From Balanoglossus misakiensis (taxonomy: Eukaryota > Animalia > Hemichordata): DNA of 64,000 nt. The position numbers were made by a program, and so were the translations under genes. The stretch covers positions 418,181-482,180 of the forward strand of contig CM082584.2 of assembly GCA_040954595.2 (NCBI GenBank), written 5' to 3'. Every line of letters begins with the position of its first letter. The first letter of the stretch is position 1. Below the pieces are notes generated by a model. The model did not search any database. It saw only the letters and a program-made list of their open reading frames with translations, and was not told the DNA's origin. This document shows, one piece after another, positions 53,183 to 64,000 of the stretch.

Positions 53183-53950
53183 TGAAATGTCCCATGTGCT
53201 TCCTGGCTAGCGTTGTGGTAACACATTATTCGGGATGTCCGCAGATCATTCATTGATTTTCTGAGAAATTGCCTGACTGATACTATCTCCAACATAAACC
53301 GCACCGTGGAAAAATTAAATGATTTTTAGATGGACTTTGAAAATCTGATTAACTCATCTAAGCATTTTTGCTAACAGTTGTATATTTTTTTAATCACCCT
53401 CCTACTTCTCATCATCAATATTATTATTGTTGTTTTACTATTTTAAAGTAAATTTGTTTTGACGAAGATGTTGTGATAAGGAGCACGTTGTCCGTTTATA
53501 CATTCGTATATTGTTTTCATAAAAATTGAACTATGACGGTGCAGCTTCGTGAAAGAAGTAATGTTATTCTAAACATTTCCATTGTAAGATATTTTTGGTT
53601 TGCTCGAATGAATAGCACACACTTCGTATTCAGCCAGGTGTTACACGAAGTGATGCGCTGAAAGGCATTACGTAACAAAACACTAGCCCATTTCAACAAA
53701 CCGCCACTGGAAATAAAATACGAAATTTCTCCTGGCAATTTTTATTTCGAGTATCTAGTTCACAGTATCACATAAAATGCCATGAATAGTGAAGGAAAGG
53801 GTGAAATCCAATCATTATACGAGTGCCTTTCTTTATACACTGGGATCGAGCTTCGACAACGCGCAGGCAGCATGGCAGACAGAATACGACAACAGTATTC
53901 AGAAAGTACAAAAAACTTTGCATAACGAGGCAGTGAAAACTGGAGACCTA

Positions 53951-54087
53951 CACATTAACCAATCAGGGAGCTGAAAATTGAATAAATACATATTAATAAG
54001 ACCTAACCTACAAGGTCTAGTGAATAATACATAATAATAAGACCTAACACATAAGGTCCCTCCAATCAGCGTGCCGCAAGTGGACCT
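53951..54087 (-). repeat. Right subterminal inverted-repeat arm of the TIR element
   Basis: Its reverse complement aligns with 52905-53040, including two GACCTT(G/A)T...GGTCTTATTA units and CAGCTCCCTGATTGGTTAA. Confidence 0.9.
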
Positions 54088-54157
54088 AAGATTACCAGAT
54101 GGACCAATCACAGATGTAGGTACATATGTCATGGACCTGACTTATGAAACAGGACTA

Positions 54158-55700
54158 ATATGACAGACACTAGCGCACGTTAGCAACGGTGATCAAGTCA
54201 GATTTTCTACGGCATGGCTGGGATAAAGCCCCGGCACTCTAGAGCAGAAACACGCGTACAGAGACCACGTTGATCAAGTCTGATCTCCTACGGCTTGGCT
54301 CGACTAAAACCCCGGCACACTATGACAGACACTAGCGTTCGTTAGCAACGTTGATCAAGTCAGATTTCCTACGGCATGGCTTGGCTAAAGCCCTGGCACT
54401 CTAGAGCAGAAACACGCGTACAGAGACCACGTTGATCTACTCCCATTTCCTTCGGCCTGGCACAGCTGATGCCCCGGCACTATATATAGGACACAGACTG
54501 GCGTAAGTTAACAACGGTAATCACGTCGGGTTTCCTACGGCCTGGCTCAGCTGAAGCCCCGGCACTCTAGAGCAGAAACAGGCGTACATTGACCACGTTG
54601 ATCAAGTCAGATGTCCTACGGCGTGACTCCGCTGGTGCACCGGCTCTATATGACACAGACTGGCGTAAGTTATCAACGGTGATTACGTCGGATTTCCTAC
54701 GGCCTGGTTTAGCTCAAGCCCCGGCACTTTAGAGCGGAAACACGCGTACATTGACCACGATGATCAAGTCAGATCTCCTACGGCTTGGCTCGACTAAAAC
54801 CCCGGCACACTATGACAGACACTAGCGTTCGTTAGCAACGTTGATCAAGTCAGATTTCCTACGGCATGGCTTGGCTAAAGCCCTGGCACTCTAGAGCAGA
54901 AACACGCGTACAGAGACCACGTTGATCTACTCCCATTTCCTTCGGCCTGGCACAGCTGATGCCCCGGCACTATATATAGGACACAGACTGGCGTAAGTTA
55001 ACAACGGTAATCACGTCGGGTTTCCTACGGCCTGGCTCAGCTGAAGCCCCGGCACTCTAGAGCAGAAACAGGCGTACATTGACCACGTTGATCAAGTCAG
55101 ATGTCCTACGGCGTGACTCCGCTGGTGCACCGGCTCTATATGACACAGACTGGCGTAAGTTATCAACGGTGATTACGTCGGATTTCCTACGGCCTGGTTT
55201 AGCTCAAGCCCCGGCACTTTAGAGCGGAAACACGCGTACATTGACCACGATGATCAAGTCAGATCTCCTACGGCTTGGCTCGACTAAAACCCCGGCACAC
55301 TATGACAGACACTAGCGTTCGTTAGCAACGTTGATCAAGTCAGATTTCCTACGGCATGGCTTGGCTAAAGCCCTGGCATTCTAGAGCAGAAACACGCGTA
55401 CAGAGACCACATTGATCTACTCACATTTCCTTAGGCCTGGCACGGCTGATGCCCCGCACTATATATAGGACACAGACTGGCGTAAGTTAACAACGGTAAT
55501 CACGTCGGGTTTCCTACGGCCTGGATCAGCTGAAGCCCTGGCACTCTAGAGCAGAAACAGGCGTACATTGACCACGTTGATCAAGTCAGATTTCCTACGG
55601 CCTGGTTCGACTAAAACCCCGGCACACCATGACAGACACTAGCGTTCGTTAGCAACGGTGATCAAGTCGGATTTCCTTCGGCCTGGCTCGGCAAAAGACC
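54158..55700 (-). repeat. Expanded 81-bp block with a triplicated 490-bp hexamer
   Basis: The marker TC(C/A)CATTTCC falls at 54441, 54931 and 55421 (490-bp spacing = 5x81+85). Confidence 0.92.
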
Positions 55701-58700
55701 CGACCCTCTAGTACAAAGACGTTGGCTAAGTCGGGCAAACCGAAGAGGGAAAGTCACAGCGGGTCAACACTCGACATTTGTTCGGGTAGGACTGCATTAT
55801 TGCCTGTTAATTTATAGAGAAAGCCCGAATTAAACCAGGGCGCTTCAAACACCGACGTTAGTTGGGGGCACGGCCTGCAGTACTGCCGGGTAAGGTGACA
55901 TCGGCGTACCGCATATAATGTAGGGGGGGGATATCAGATATCAGCTAATTTTGGACAATCATCTAAAATCTAAATCATCTTTTCATATTTGGATATCTGA
56001 TGATGTATGAAATTTCCATTATATGTAAAAATGGTGCTGATTATAAAAATGCACTCTGAATGAGCTGATTTAATACAAAATTGCGTTTTATTCGTTTTTG
56101 CACCAAAAAGGTCATTTTTAGGCAAAAAATTCTTAATTTTTTTAATTCTGTGACCTGATCATATATAAACAATTGCTTGTATGTTAAAAGTTTTTATGAC
56201 TTTTAAAAGCAGTGACACTGGCGGCATTCAACACGAAAATAACAATTTTAGCCACAATTTGGTCAAAATGGTAAATTTTTGAAAATTACAAAAAATACCT
56301 GTTTTCTACATTTTTGGAAATCTGATGGAGTATAGAATGCTCTTCGTATGTATATATCGATACAAATTCCACAAAAGACCGTCTAATTTGGCTCACTGCA
56401 GACAAAATTGCGTTTTACCAAATTTTCCTTGAAAATGTCATTTTTAGAAAAAAAAATAAAAAAACCTTTGTTCTTCAAATGTGGTGCCCTGATCATATAT
56501 GACATGTTGATTGTATGTTAAAACGTTCGACCACTCCAAAAATGCAGAGATATTGACGGAATTCAAGAAAAAATAGCCATTTTGGCCATATTTTGACAAA
56601 ATGGTACATTTTTGAAAAATCATAAAAAATTAACTCTTTTTTTCATTTTCAGAAATATTATGGAGCATGAAGTGTCGTTCTCTTGTAAAAAGTGCTGCAA
56701 ATTCCAGAAAAGGCGGTATAATTTGAATCACCCATGACAAAATTGCAATTTTTCGACTTTTTTTCGAAAAATTGTCTTTTTTACAAAATAAATAAGAATA
56801 AATTCTTTTCTTAGTTTCAAACGGGTAGAGATACTTTCCACACGGGTTTTCTAACATTGAATTCCCGTTCATCAACTCAGATTTCCTACAGCATAAGTCG
56901 GCTAAAACCCTGACACTCTAGAGCAGAAACAGTTGCACACTGGTAACGTTGAACAAGTCGATTTTTCTACGGCCTGGCTCGGCTAAATCTCCGTCACAAT
57001 ATGACAGACACTAGCGTACGTTAGCAACGGTGATCAAGTCAGATTTTCTACGGCATAGCTCGGATAAAGCCCCGGCACTCTAGAGCAGAAACACACGTAC
57101 AGAGACCACGTTGATCAAGTCTGATCCCCTACGGCTTGGCTCGACTAAAACCCCGGCACACTATGACAGACACTAGCGTTCGTTAGCAACGTTGATCAAG
57201 TCAGATTTCCTTCGGCATGGCTTGGCTAAAGCCCTGGCACTCTAGAGCAGAAACACGCGTACAGAGACCACGTTGATCTACTCACATTTCCTTCGGCCTG
57301 GCACGGCTGATGCCCCGGCACTATATATAGGACACAGACTGGCGTAAGTTAACAACGGTAATCACGTCGGGTTTCCTACGGCCTGGCGCAGCTGAAGCCC
57401 CGGCACTCTAGAGCAGAAACAGGCGTACATTGACCACGTTGATCAAGTCAGATTTCCAACGGCGTGATTCGGCTGGTGCACCGGCTCTATATGACACAGA
57501 CTGGCGTAAGTTATCAACGGTGATTACGTCGGATTTCCTACGGCATGGTTTAGCTGAAGCCCCGGCACTTTAGAGCGGAAACACGCGTACATTGACCACG
57601 ATGATCAAGTCAGATCTCCTACGGCCTGGCTCTTCAAAAACCCCGGCACACCATGACAGACACTAGCGTTCGTTAGCAACGGTGATCAAGTCGGATTTCC
57701 TTCGGCCTGGCTCTGCAAAAGACCCGACACATTAGTACAAAGACGTTGGCTAAGTCGGGCAAACCGAAGAGGGAAAGTCACAGCGGGTCAACACTCGACA
57801 TTTGTTCGGGTAGGACTGCATTATTGCCTGTCAATTTATAGAGAAAGCCCGAATTTAACCAGGGCGTTTCAAACACCGACGTTATTTGGGGGCACGGCCT
57901 GCAGTACTGCCGGGTAAGCTGACATCGGCGTACCGCATATAATGTAGGGGGGGGGACAGAACGGTTCAATACTACATTTATTAGATATCAGCTAATTTTG
58001 GACAATCATCTAAAATCTAAATCATTTTTTCATATTTGGATATCTGATGATGTATGAAATTTCCAATATATGTAAAAATGGTGCTGATTATAAAAAATGC
58101 ACTCTGAATGAGCTGATTTAATACAAAATTCCGTTTTATTCGTTTTTGCACCAAAAAGGTCATTTTTAGGCAAAACATTCTTTATTTTTTTAATTCGGTG
58201 GCCTGATCATATATAAGCAATTGCTTGCATGTTAAAAGTTTTTATGACTTTTAAAAGCAGTGACACTGGCGGCATTCAACACGAAAATAACAATTTTAAC
58301 CACAATTTGGTCAAAATGGTAAATTTTTGAAAATTACAAAAAATACCTGTTTTCTACATTTTCGGAAATCTGATGGAGTATAGAATGCTCTTCGTATATA
58401 TATATCGATACAAATTCCACAAAAGACCGTCTAATTTGGCTCACTGCAGACAAAATTGCGTTTTACCAAATTTTCCTTGAAAATGTCATTTTTAGAAAAA
58501 TAAAATAAAAAAACCTTCGTTCTTCGAATTTGGTGCCCTGATCATATATGACATGTTGATTGTATGTTAAAACTTTCGACCACTCCAAAAATGCAGAGAT
58601 ATTGACGGAATTCAAGAAAAAATAGCCATTTTGGCCATATTTTGACAAAATGGTACATTTTTGAAAAATCATAAAAAATTAACTCTTTTCTTCATTTTCG

Positions 58701-61700
58701 GAAATATTATGGAGCATGAAGTGTCGTTCTCTTGTAAAAAGTGCTGCAAATTCCAGAAAAGGCGGTATAATTTGAATCACCCAAGACAAAATTGCAATTT
58801 TTCGACTTTTTTTCGAAAAATTGTCTTTTTTACAAAATAAATAAGAATAAATTCTTTTCTTAGTTTCAAACGGGTAGAGATACTTTCCACACGGGTTTTC
58901 TAACATTGAATTCCCGTTCATCAACTCAGATTTCCTACAGCATAAGTCGGCTAAAACCCTGACACTCTAGAGCAGAAACAGTTGCACACTGGTAACGTTG
59001 AACAAGTCGATTTTTCTACGGCCTGGCTCGGCTAAATCTCCGTCACAATATGACAGACACTAGCGTACGTTAGCAACGGTGATCAAGTCAGATTTTCTAC
59101 GGCATGGGTTGGATAAAGCCCCGGCACTCTAGAGCAGAAACACGCGTACAGAGACCACGTTGATCAAGTCTGATCTCCTACGGCTTGGCTCGACTAAAAC
59201 CCCGGCACACTATGACAGACACTAGCGTTCGTTAGCAACGTTGATCAAGTCAGATTTCCTACGGCATGGCTTGGCTAAAGCCCTGGCACTCTAGAGCAGA
59301 AACACGCGTACAGAGACCACGTTGATCTACTCACATTTCCTTCGGCCTGGCACGGCTGATGCCCCGGCACCATATATAGGACACAAACTGGCGTAAGTTA
59401 ACAACGGTAATCACGTCGGGTTTCCTACGGCCTGGCGCAGCTGAAGCCCCGGCACTCTAGAGCAGAAACAGGCGTACATTGACCACGTTGATCAAGTCAG
59501 ATTTCCAACGGCGTGATTCGGCTGGTGCACCGGCTCTATATGACACAGACTGGCGTAAGTTATCAACGGTGATTACGTCGGATTTCCTACGGCATGGTTT
59601 AGCTGAAGCCCCGGCACTTTAGAGCGGAAACACGCGTACATTGACCACGATGATCAAGTCAGATCTCCTACGGCCTGGCTCTTCTAAAACCCCGGCACAC
59701 CATGACAGACACTAGCGTTCGTTAGCAACGGTGATCAAGTCGGATTTCCTTCGGCCTGGCTCTGCAAAAGACCCGACACATTAGTACAAAGACGTTGGCT
59801 AAGTCGGGCAAACCGAAGAGGGAAAGTCACAGCGGGTCAACACTCGACATTTGTTCGGGTAGGACTGCATTATTGCCTGTCAATTTATAGAGAAAGCCCG
59901 AATTTAACCAGGGCGTTTCAAACACCGACGTTATTTGGGGGCACGGCCTGCAGTACTGCCGGGTAAGCTGACATCGGCGTACCGCATATAATGTAGGGGG
60001 GGACAGAACGGTTCAATACTACATTTATTAGATATCAGCTAATTTTGGACAATCATCTAAAATCTAAATCATTTTTTCATATTTGGATATCTGATGATGT
60101 ATGAAATTTCCAATATATGTAAAAATGGTGCTGATTATAAAAAATGCACTCTGAATGAGCTGATTTAATACAAAATTCCGTTTTATTCGTTTTTGCACCA
60201 AAAAGGTCATTTTTAGGCAAAACATTCTTTATTTTTTTAATTCGGTGGCCTGATCATATATAAGCAATTGCTTGCATGTTAAAAGTTTTTATGACTTTTA
60301 AAAGCAGTGACACTGGCGGCATTCAACACGAAAATAACAATTTTAACCACAATTTGGTCAAAATGGTAAATTTTTGAAAATTACAAAAAATACCTGTTTT
60401 CTACATTTTCGGAAATCTGATGGAGTATAGAATGCTCTTCGTATATATATATCGATACAAATTCCACAAAAGACCGTCTAATTTGGCTCACTGCAGACAA
60501 AATTGCGTTTTACCAAATTTTCCTTGAAAATGTCATTTTTAGAAAAATAAAATAAAAAAACCTTCGTTCTTCGAATTTGGTGCCCTGATCATATATGACA
60601 TGTTGATTGTATGTTAAAACTTTCGACCACTCCAAAAATGCAGAGATATTGACGGAATTCAAGAAAAAATAGCCATTTTGGCCATATTTTGACAAAATGG
60701 TACATTTTTGAAAAATCATAAAAAATTAACTCTTTTCTTCATTTTCGGAAATATTATGGAGCATGAAGTGTCGTTCTCTTGTAAAAAGTGCTGCAAATTC
60801 CAGAAAAGGCGGTATAATTTGAATCACCCAAGACAAAATTGCAATTTTTCGACTTTTTTTCGAAAAATTGTCTTTTTTACAAAATAAATAAGAATAAATT
60901 CTTTTCTTAGTTTCAAACGGGTAGAGATACTTTCCACACGGGTTTTCTAACATTGAATTCCCGTTCATCAACTCAGATTTCCTACAGCATAAGTCGGCTA
61001 AAACCCTGACACTCTAGAGCAGAAACAGTTGCACACTGGTAACGTTGAACAAGTCGATTTTTCTACGGCCTGGCTCGGCTAAATCTCCGTCACAATATGA
61101 CAGACACTAGCGTACGTTAGCAACGGTGATCAAGTCAGATTTTCTACGGCATGGGTTGGATAAAGCCCCGGCACTCTAGAGCAGAAACACGCGTACAGAG
61201 ACCACGTTGATCAAGTCTGATCTCCTACGGCTTGGCTCGACTAAAACCCCGGCACACTATGACAGACACTAACGTTCGTTAGCAACGTTGATCAAGTCAG
61301 ATTTCCTACGGCATGGCTTGGCTAAAGCCCTGGCACTCTAGAGCAGAAACACGCGTACAGAGACCACGTTGATCTACTCACATTTCCTTCGGCCTGGCAC
61401 GGCTGATGCCCCGGCACCATATATAGGACACAAACTGGCGTAAGTTAACAACGGTAATCACGTCGGGTTTCCTACGGCCTGGCTCAGCTGAAGCCCCGGC
61501 ACTCTAGAGCAGAAACAGGCGTACATTGACCACGTTGATCAAGTCAGATTTCCTACGGCGTGACTCGGCTGGTGCACCGGCTCTATATGACACAGACTGG
61601 CGTAAGTTATCAACGGTGATTACGTTGGATTTCCTACGGCCTGGTTTAGCTGAAGCCCCGGCACTTTAGAGCGGAAACACGCGTACATTGACCACGATGA

Positions 61701-63862
61701 TCAAGTCAGATCTCCTACGGCCTGGCTCGACTAAAACCCCGGCACACCATGACAGACACTAGCGTTCGTTAGCAACGGTGATCAAGTCGGATTTCCTTCG
61801 GCCTGGCTCTGCAAAAGACCCGACACTCTAGTACAAAGACGTTGGCTAAGTTGGGCAAACCGAAGAGGGAAAGTCGCAGCGGGTCAACACTCGACATTTG
61901 TTCCGGTAGGACTGCATTATTGCCTGTCGATTTATAGAGAGAGCCCGAATTTAACCAGGGCGTTTCAAACACCGACGTTTGTTGGGGGCACGGCCTACAG
62001 TACTGCCGGGTAAGCTGACATCGGCGTACCGCATATAATGTAAGGGGGGGGGGGGGGACAGAACGGTTCAATACTACATTTATTAGATATCAGCTAATTT
62101 TGGACAATCATCTAAAATCTAAATCATTTTTTCATATTTGGATATCTGATGATGTATGAAATTTCCATTATATGTAAAAATGGTGTTTATTATAAAACAT
62201 GCACTCTGAATGAACTGATTTAATACAAGATTGCGTTTTATTCGTTTTTGCACCAAAAAGGTCATTTTTAGGCAAAACATTCTTTATATTTTTAATTCGG
62301 TGACCTGATCATATATAAACAATTGCTTGTGTGTTAAAAGTTTTTATGGCTTTTAAAAGCAGTGACACTGGCGGCATTCATCATGAAAATAACAATTTTA
62401 GCCACAATTTGGTCAAAATGGTAAATTTTTGAAAATTACAAAAAATACCTGTTTTCTACATTTTCGGAAATCTGATGGAGTATAGAATGCTCTTCGTATG
62501 TATATATCGATACAAATTCCACAAAAGACCGTCTAATTTGGCTCACTGCAGACAAAATTGCGTTTTACCAAATTTTCCTTGAAAATGTCATTTTTAGAAA
62601 AAAAAATAAAAAAAACCCTTATTCTTCGAATTTGGTGCCCTGATCATATATGACATGTTGATTGTATGTTAAAACTCTCGACCTATCCAAAAATGCAGAG
62701 ATATTGACGGAATTCAAGAAAAATAGCCATTTTGGCCATATTTTGACAAAAATGGTAAATTTTTGAAAAATCATAAAAAATTAACTCTTTTCTTCATTTT
62801 CGGAAATATTATGGAGCATGAAGTGTCGTTCTCTTGTAAAAAGTGCTGCAAATTCCAGAAAAGGCGGTGTAATTTGAATCACCCAAGACAAAATTGCAAT
62901 TTTTCGACTTTTTTTTGAAAAATTGTCTTTTTTACAAAATAAATAAGAATAAATTCTTTTCTTAGTTTCAAACGGGTAGAGATACTTTCCACACGGGTTT
63001 TCTAACATTGAATTCCCGTTCATCAACTCAGATTTCCTACTGCATAAGTCGGCTAAAACCCTGACACTCTAGAGCAGAAACAGTTGCACCACTGGTAACG
63101 TTGAACAAGTCGATTTTTCTACGGCCTGGCTCGGCTAAATCTCCGTCACAATATGACAGACACTAGCGTACGTTAGCAACGGTGATCAAGTCAGATTTTC
63201 TACGGCATGGGTTGGATAAAGCCCCGGCACTCTAGAGCAGAAACACGCGTACAGAGACCACGTTGATCAAGTCTGATCTCCTACGGCTTGGCTCGACTAA
63301 AACCCCGGCACACTATGACAGACACTAGCGTTCGTTAGCAACGTTGATCAAGTCAGATTTCCTACGGCATGGCTTGGCTAAAGCCCTGGCACTCTAGAGC
63401 AGAAACACGCGTACAGAGACCACGTTGATCTACTCACATTTCCTTCGGCCTGGCACGGCTGATGCCCCGGCACTATATATAGGACACAAACTGGCGTAAG
63501 TTAACAACGGTAATCACGTCGGGTTTCCTACGGCCTGGCTCAGCTGAAGCCCCGGCACTCTAGAGCAGAAACAGGCGTACATTGACCACGTTGATCAAGT
63601 CAGATTTCCTACGGCGTGACTCGGCTGGTGCACCGGCTCTATATGACACAGACTGGCGTAAGTTATCAACGGTGATTACGTCGGATTTCCTACGGCCTGG
63701 TTTAGCTGAAGCCCCGGCACTTTAGAGCGGAAACACGTGTACATTGACCACGATGATCAAGTCAGATCTCCTACGGCCTGGCTCGACTAAAACCCCGGCA
63801 CACCATGACAGACACTAGCGTTCGTTAGCAACGGTGATCAAGTCGGATTTCCTTCGGCCTGG

Positions 63863-64000
63863 CATACAATCAACATGTCATATATGATCAGGGCACCAAA
63901 TTCGGAAGAATAAAGGTTTTTTTATTTTTTTTTCTAAAAATGACATTTTCAAGGAAAATTTGGTAAAACGCAATTTTGTCTGCAGTGAGCCAAATTAGAC
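63863..64000 (+). repeat. Return to forward orientation (runs off the window end)
   Basis: TTCGGCCTGGC (reverse GC block) is joined to ATACAATCAACATGTC (forward AT block) with a 1-bp C overlap. Confidence 0.92.

Larger units (their letters stand above)
52824..54157. mobile_element. Non-autonomous TIR-bearing DNA element (MITE/foldback-like), 1334 bp, superfamily unresolved
   Basis: It interrupts the monomer sequence CGTCACA|ATATGAC. It has perfect 13-bp TIRs TAGTCCTGTTTCA (52825-52837) / TGAAACAGGACTA (54145-54157) and ~135-bp subterminal inverted repeats. There is no transposase ORF and no TSD. Confidence 0.88.
46787..63862 (-). repeat. Same satellite, reverse orientation (arm 2)
   Basis: The reverse anchor ends at 48271, 50328, 52219, 56393, 58442, 60489 and 62544. 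Confidence 0.97.

Noticed and set aside
53029-54132. Four short ORFs inside the TIR element as a possible transposase remnant
   Set aside because: They are 61-77 aa, two merely translate the inverted arms, and no DDE, HUH or tyrosine-recombinase motif is visible.
1600-63026. Dozens of recurring 60-112 aa ORFs (MSKYGQNG..., MMNGNSML..., MNRSVPPP...)
   Set aside because: They are translations of the satellite. Many start at TTG/GTG, frames shift with homopolymer length between copies, composition is F/K/I-biased, and no domain is recognisable.

Overview
This window is eukaryotic-type satellite DNA with no credible genes. About 97% is a tandem array of ~30 copies of a ~2.05-kb composite monomer. 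Each monomer has three parts: an AT-rich block of ~5.5 diverged ~167-bp subunits (334-bp dimers), a ~250-bp unique linker with a poly-C tract, and a GC/CpG-rich block of ~10-11 81-bp subunits (162-bp A/B dimers, 490-bp hexamers). The array switches orientation four times (~30.73 kb, 45.79 kb, 46.79 kb, 63.86 kb). The main switch creates a large imperfect palindrome with a templated, multi-fragment junction. Two mobile elements interrupt the array: a 187-bp 5'-truncated L2/CR1-group LINE tail with a 6-bp TSD (39054-39240), and a 1334-bp non-autonomous TIR element with no target-site duplication (52824-54157). All listed ORFs are by-products of the repeat. A (peri)centromeric or heterochromatic role is plausible but is inference only. 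I found no protein-coding novel system. The most novel items are the dual-periodicity composite satellite, its rearrangement junctions and the TSD-less TIR element. All coordinates were counted by eye and may be off by a few bases.
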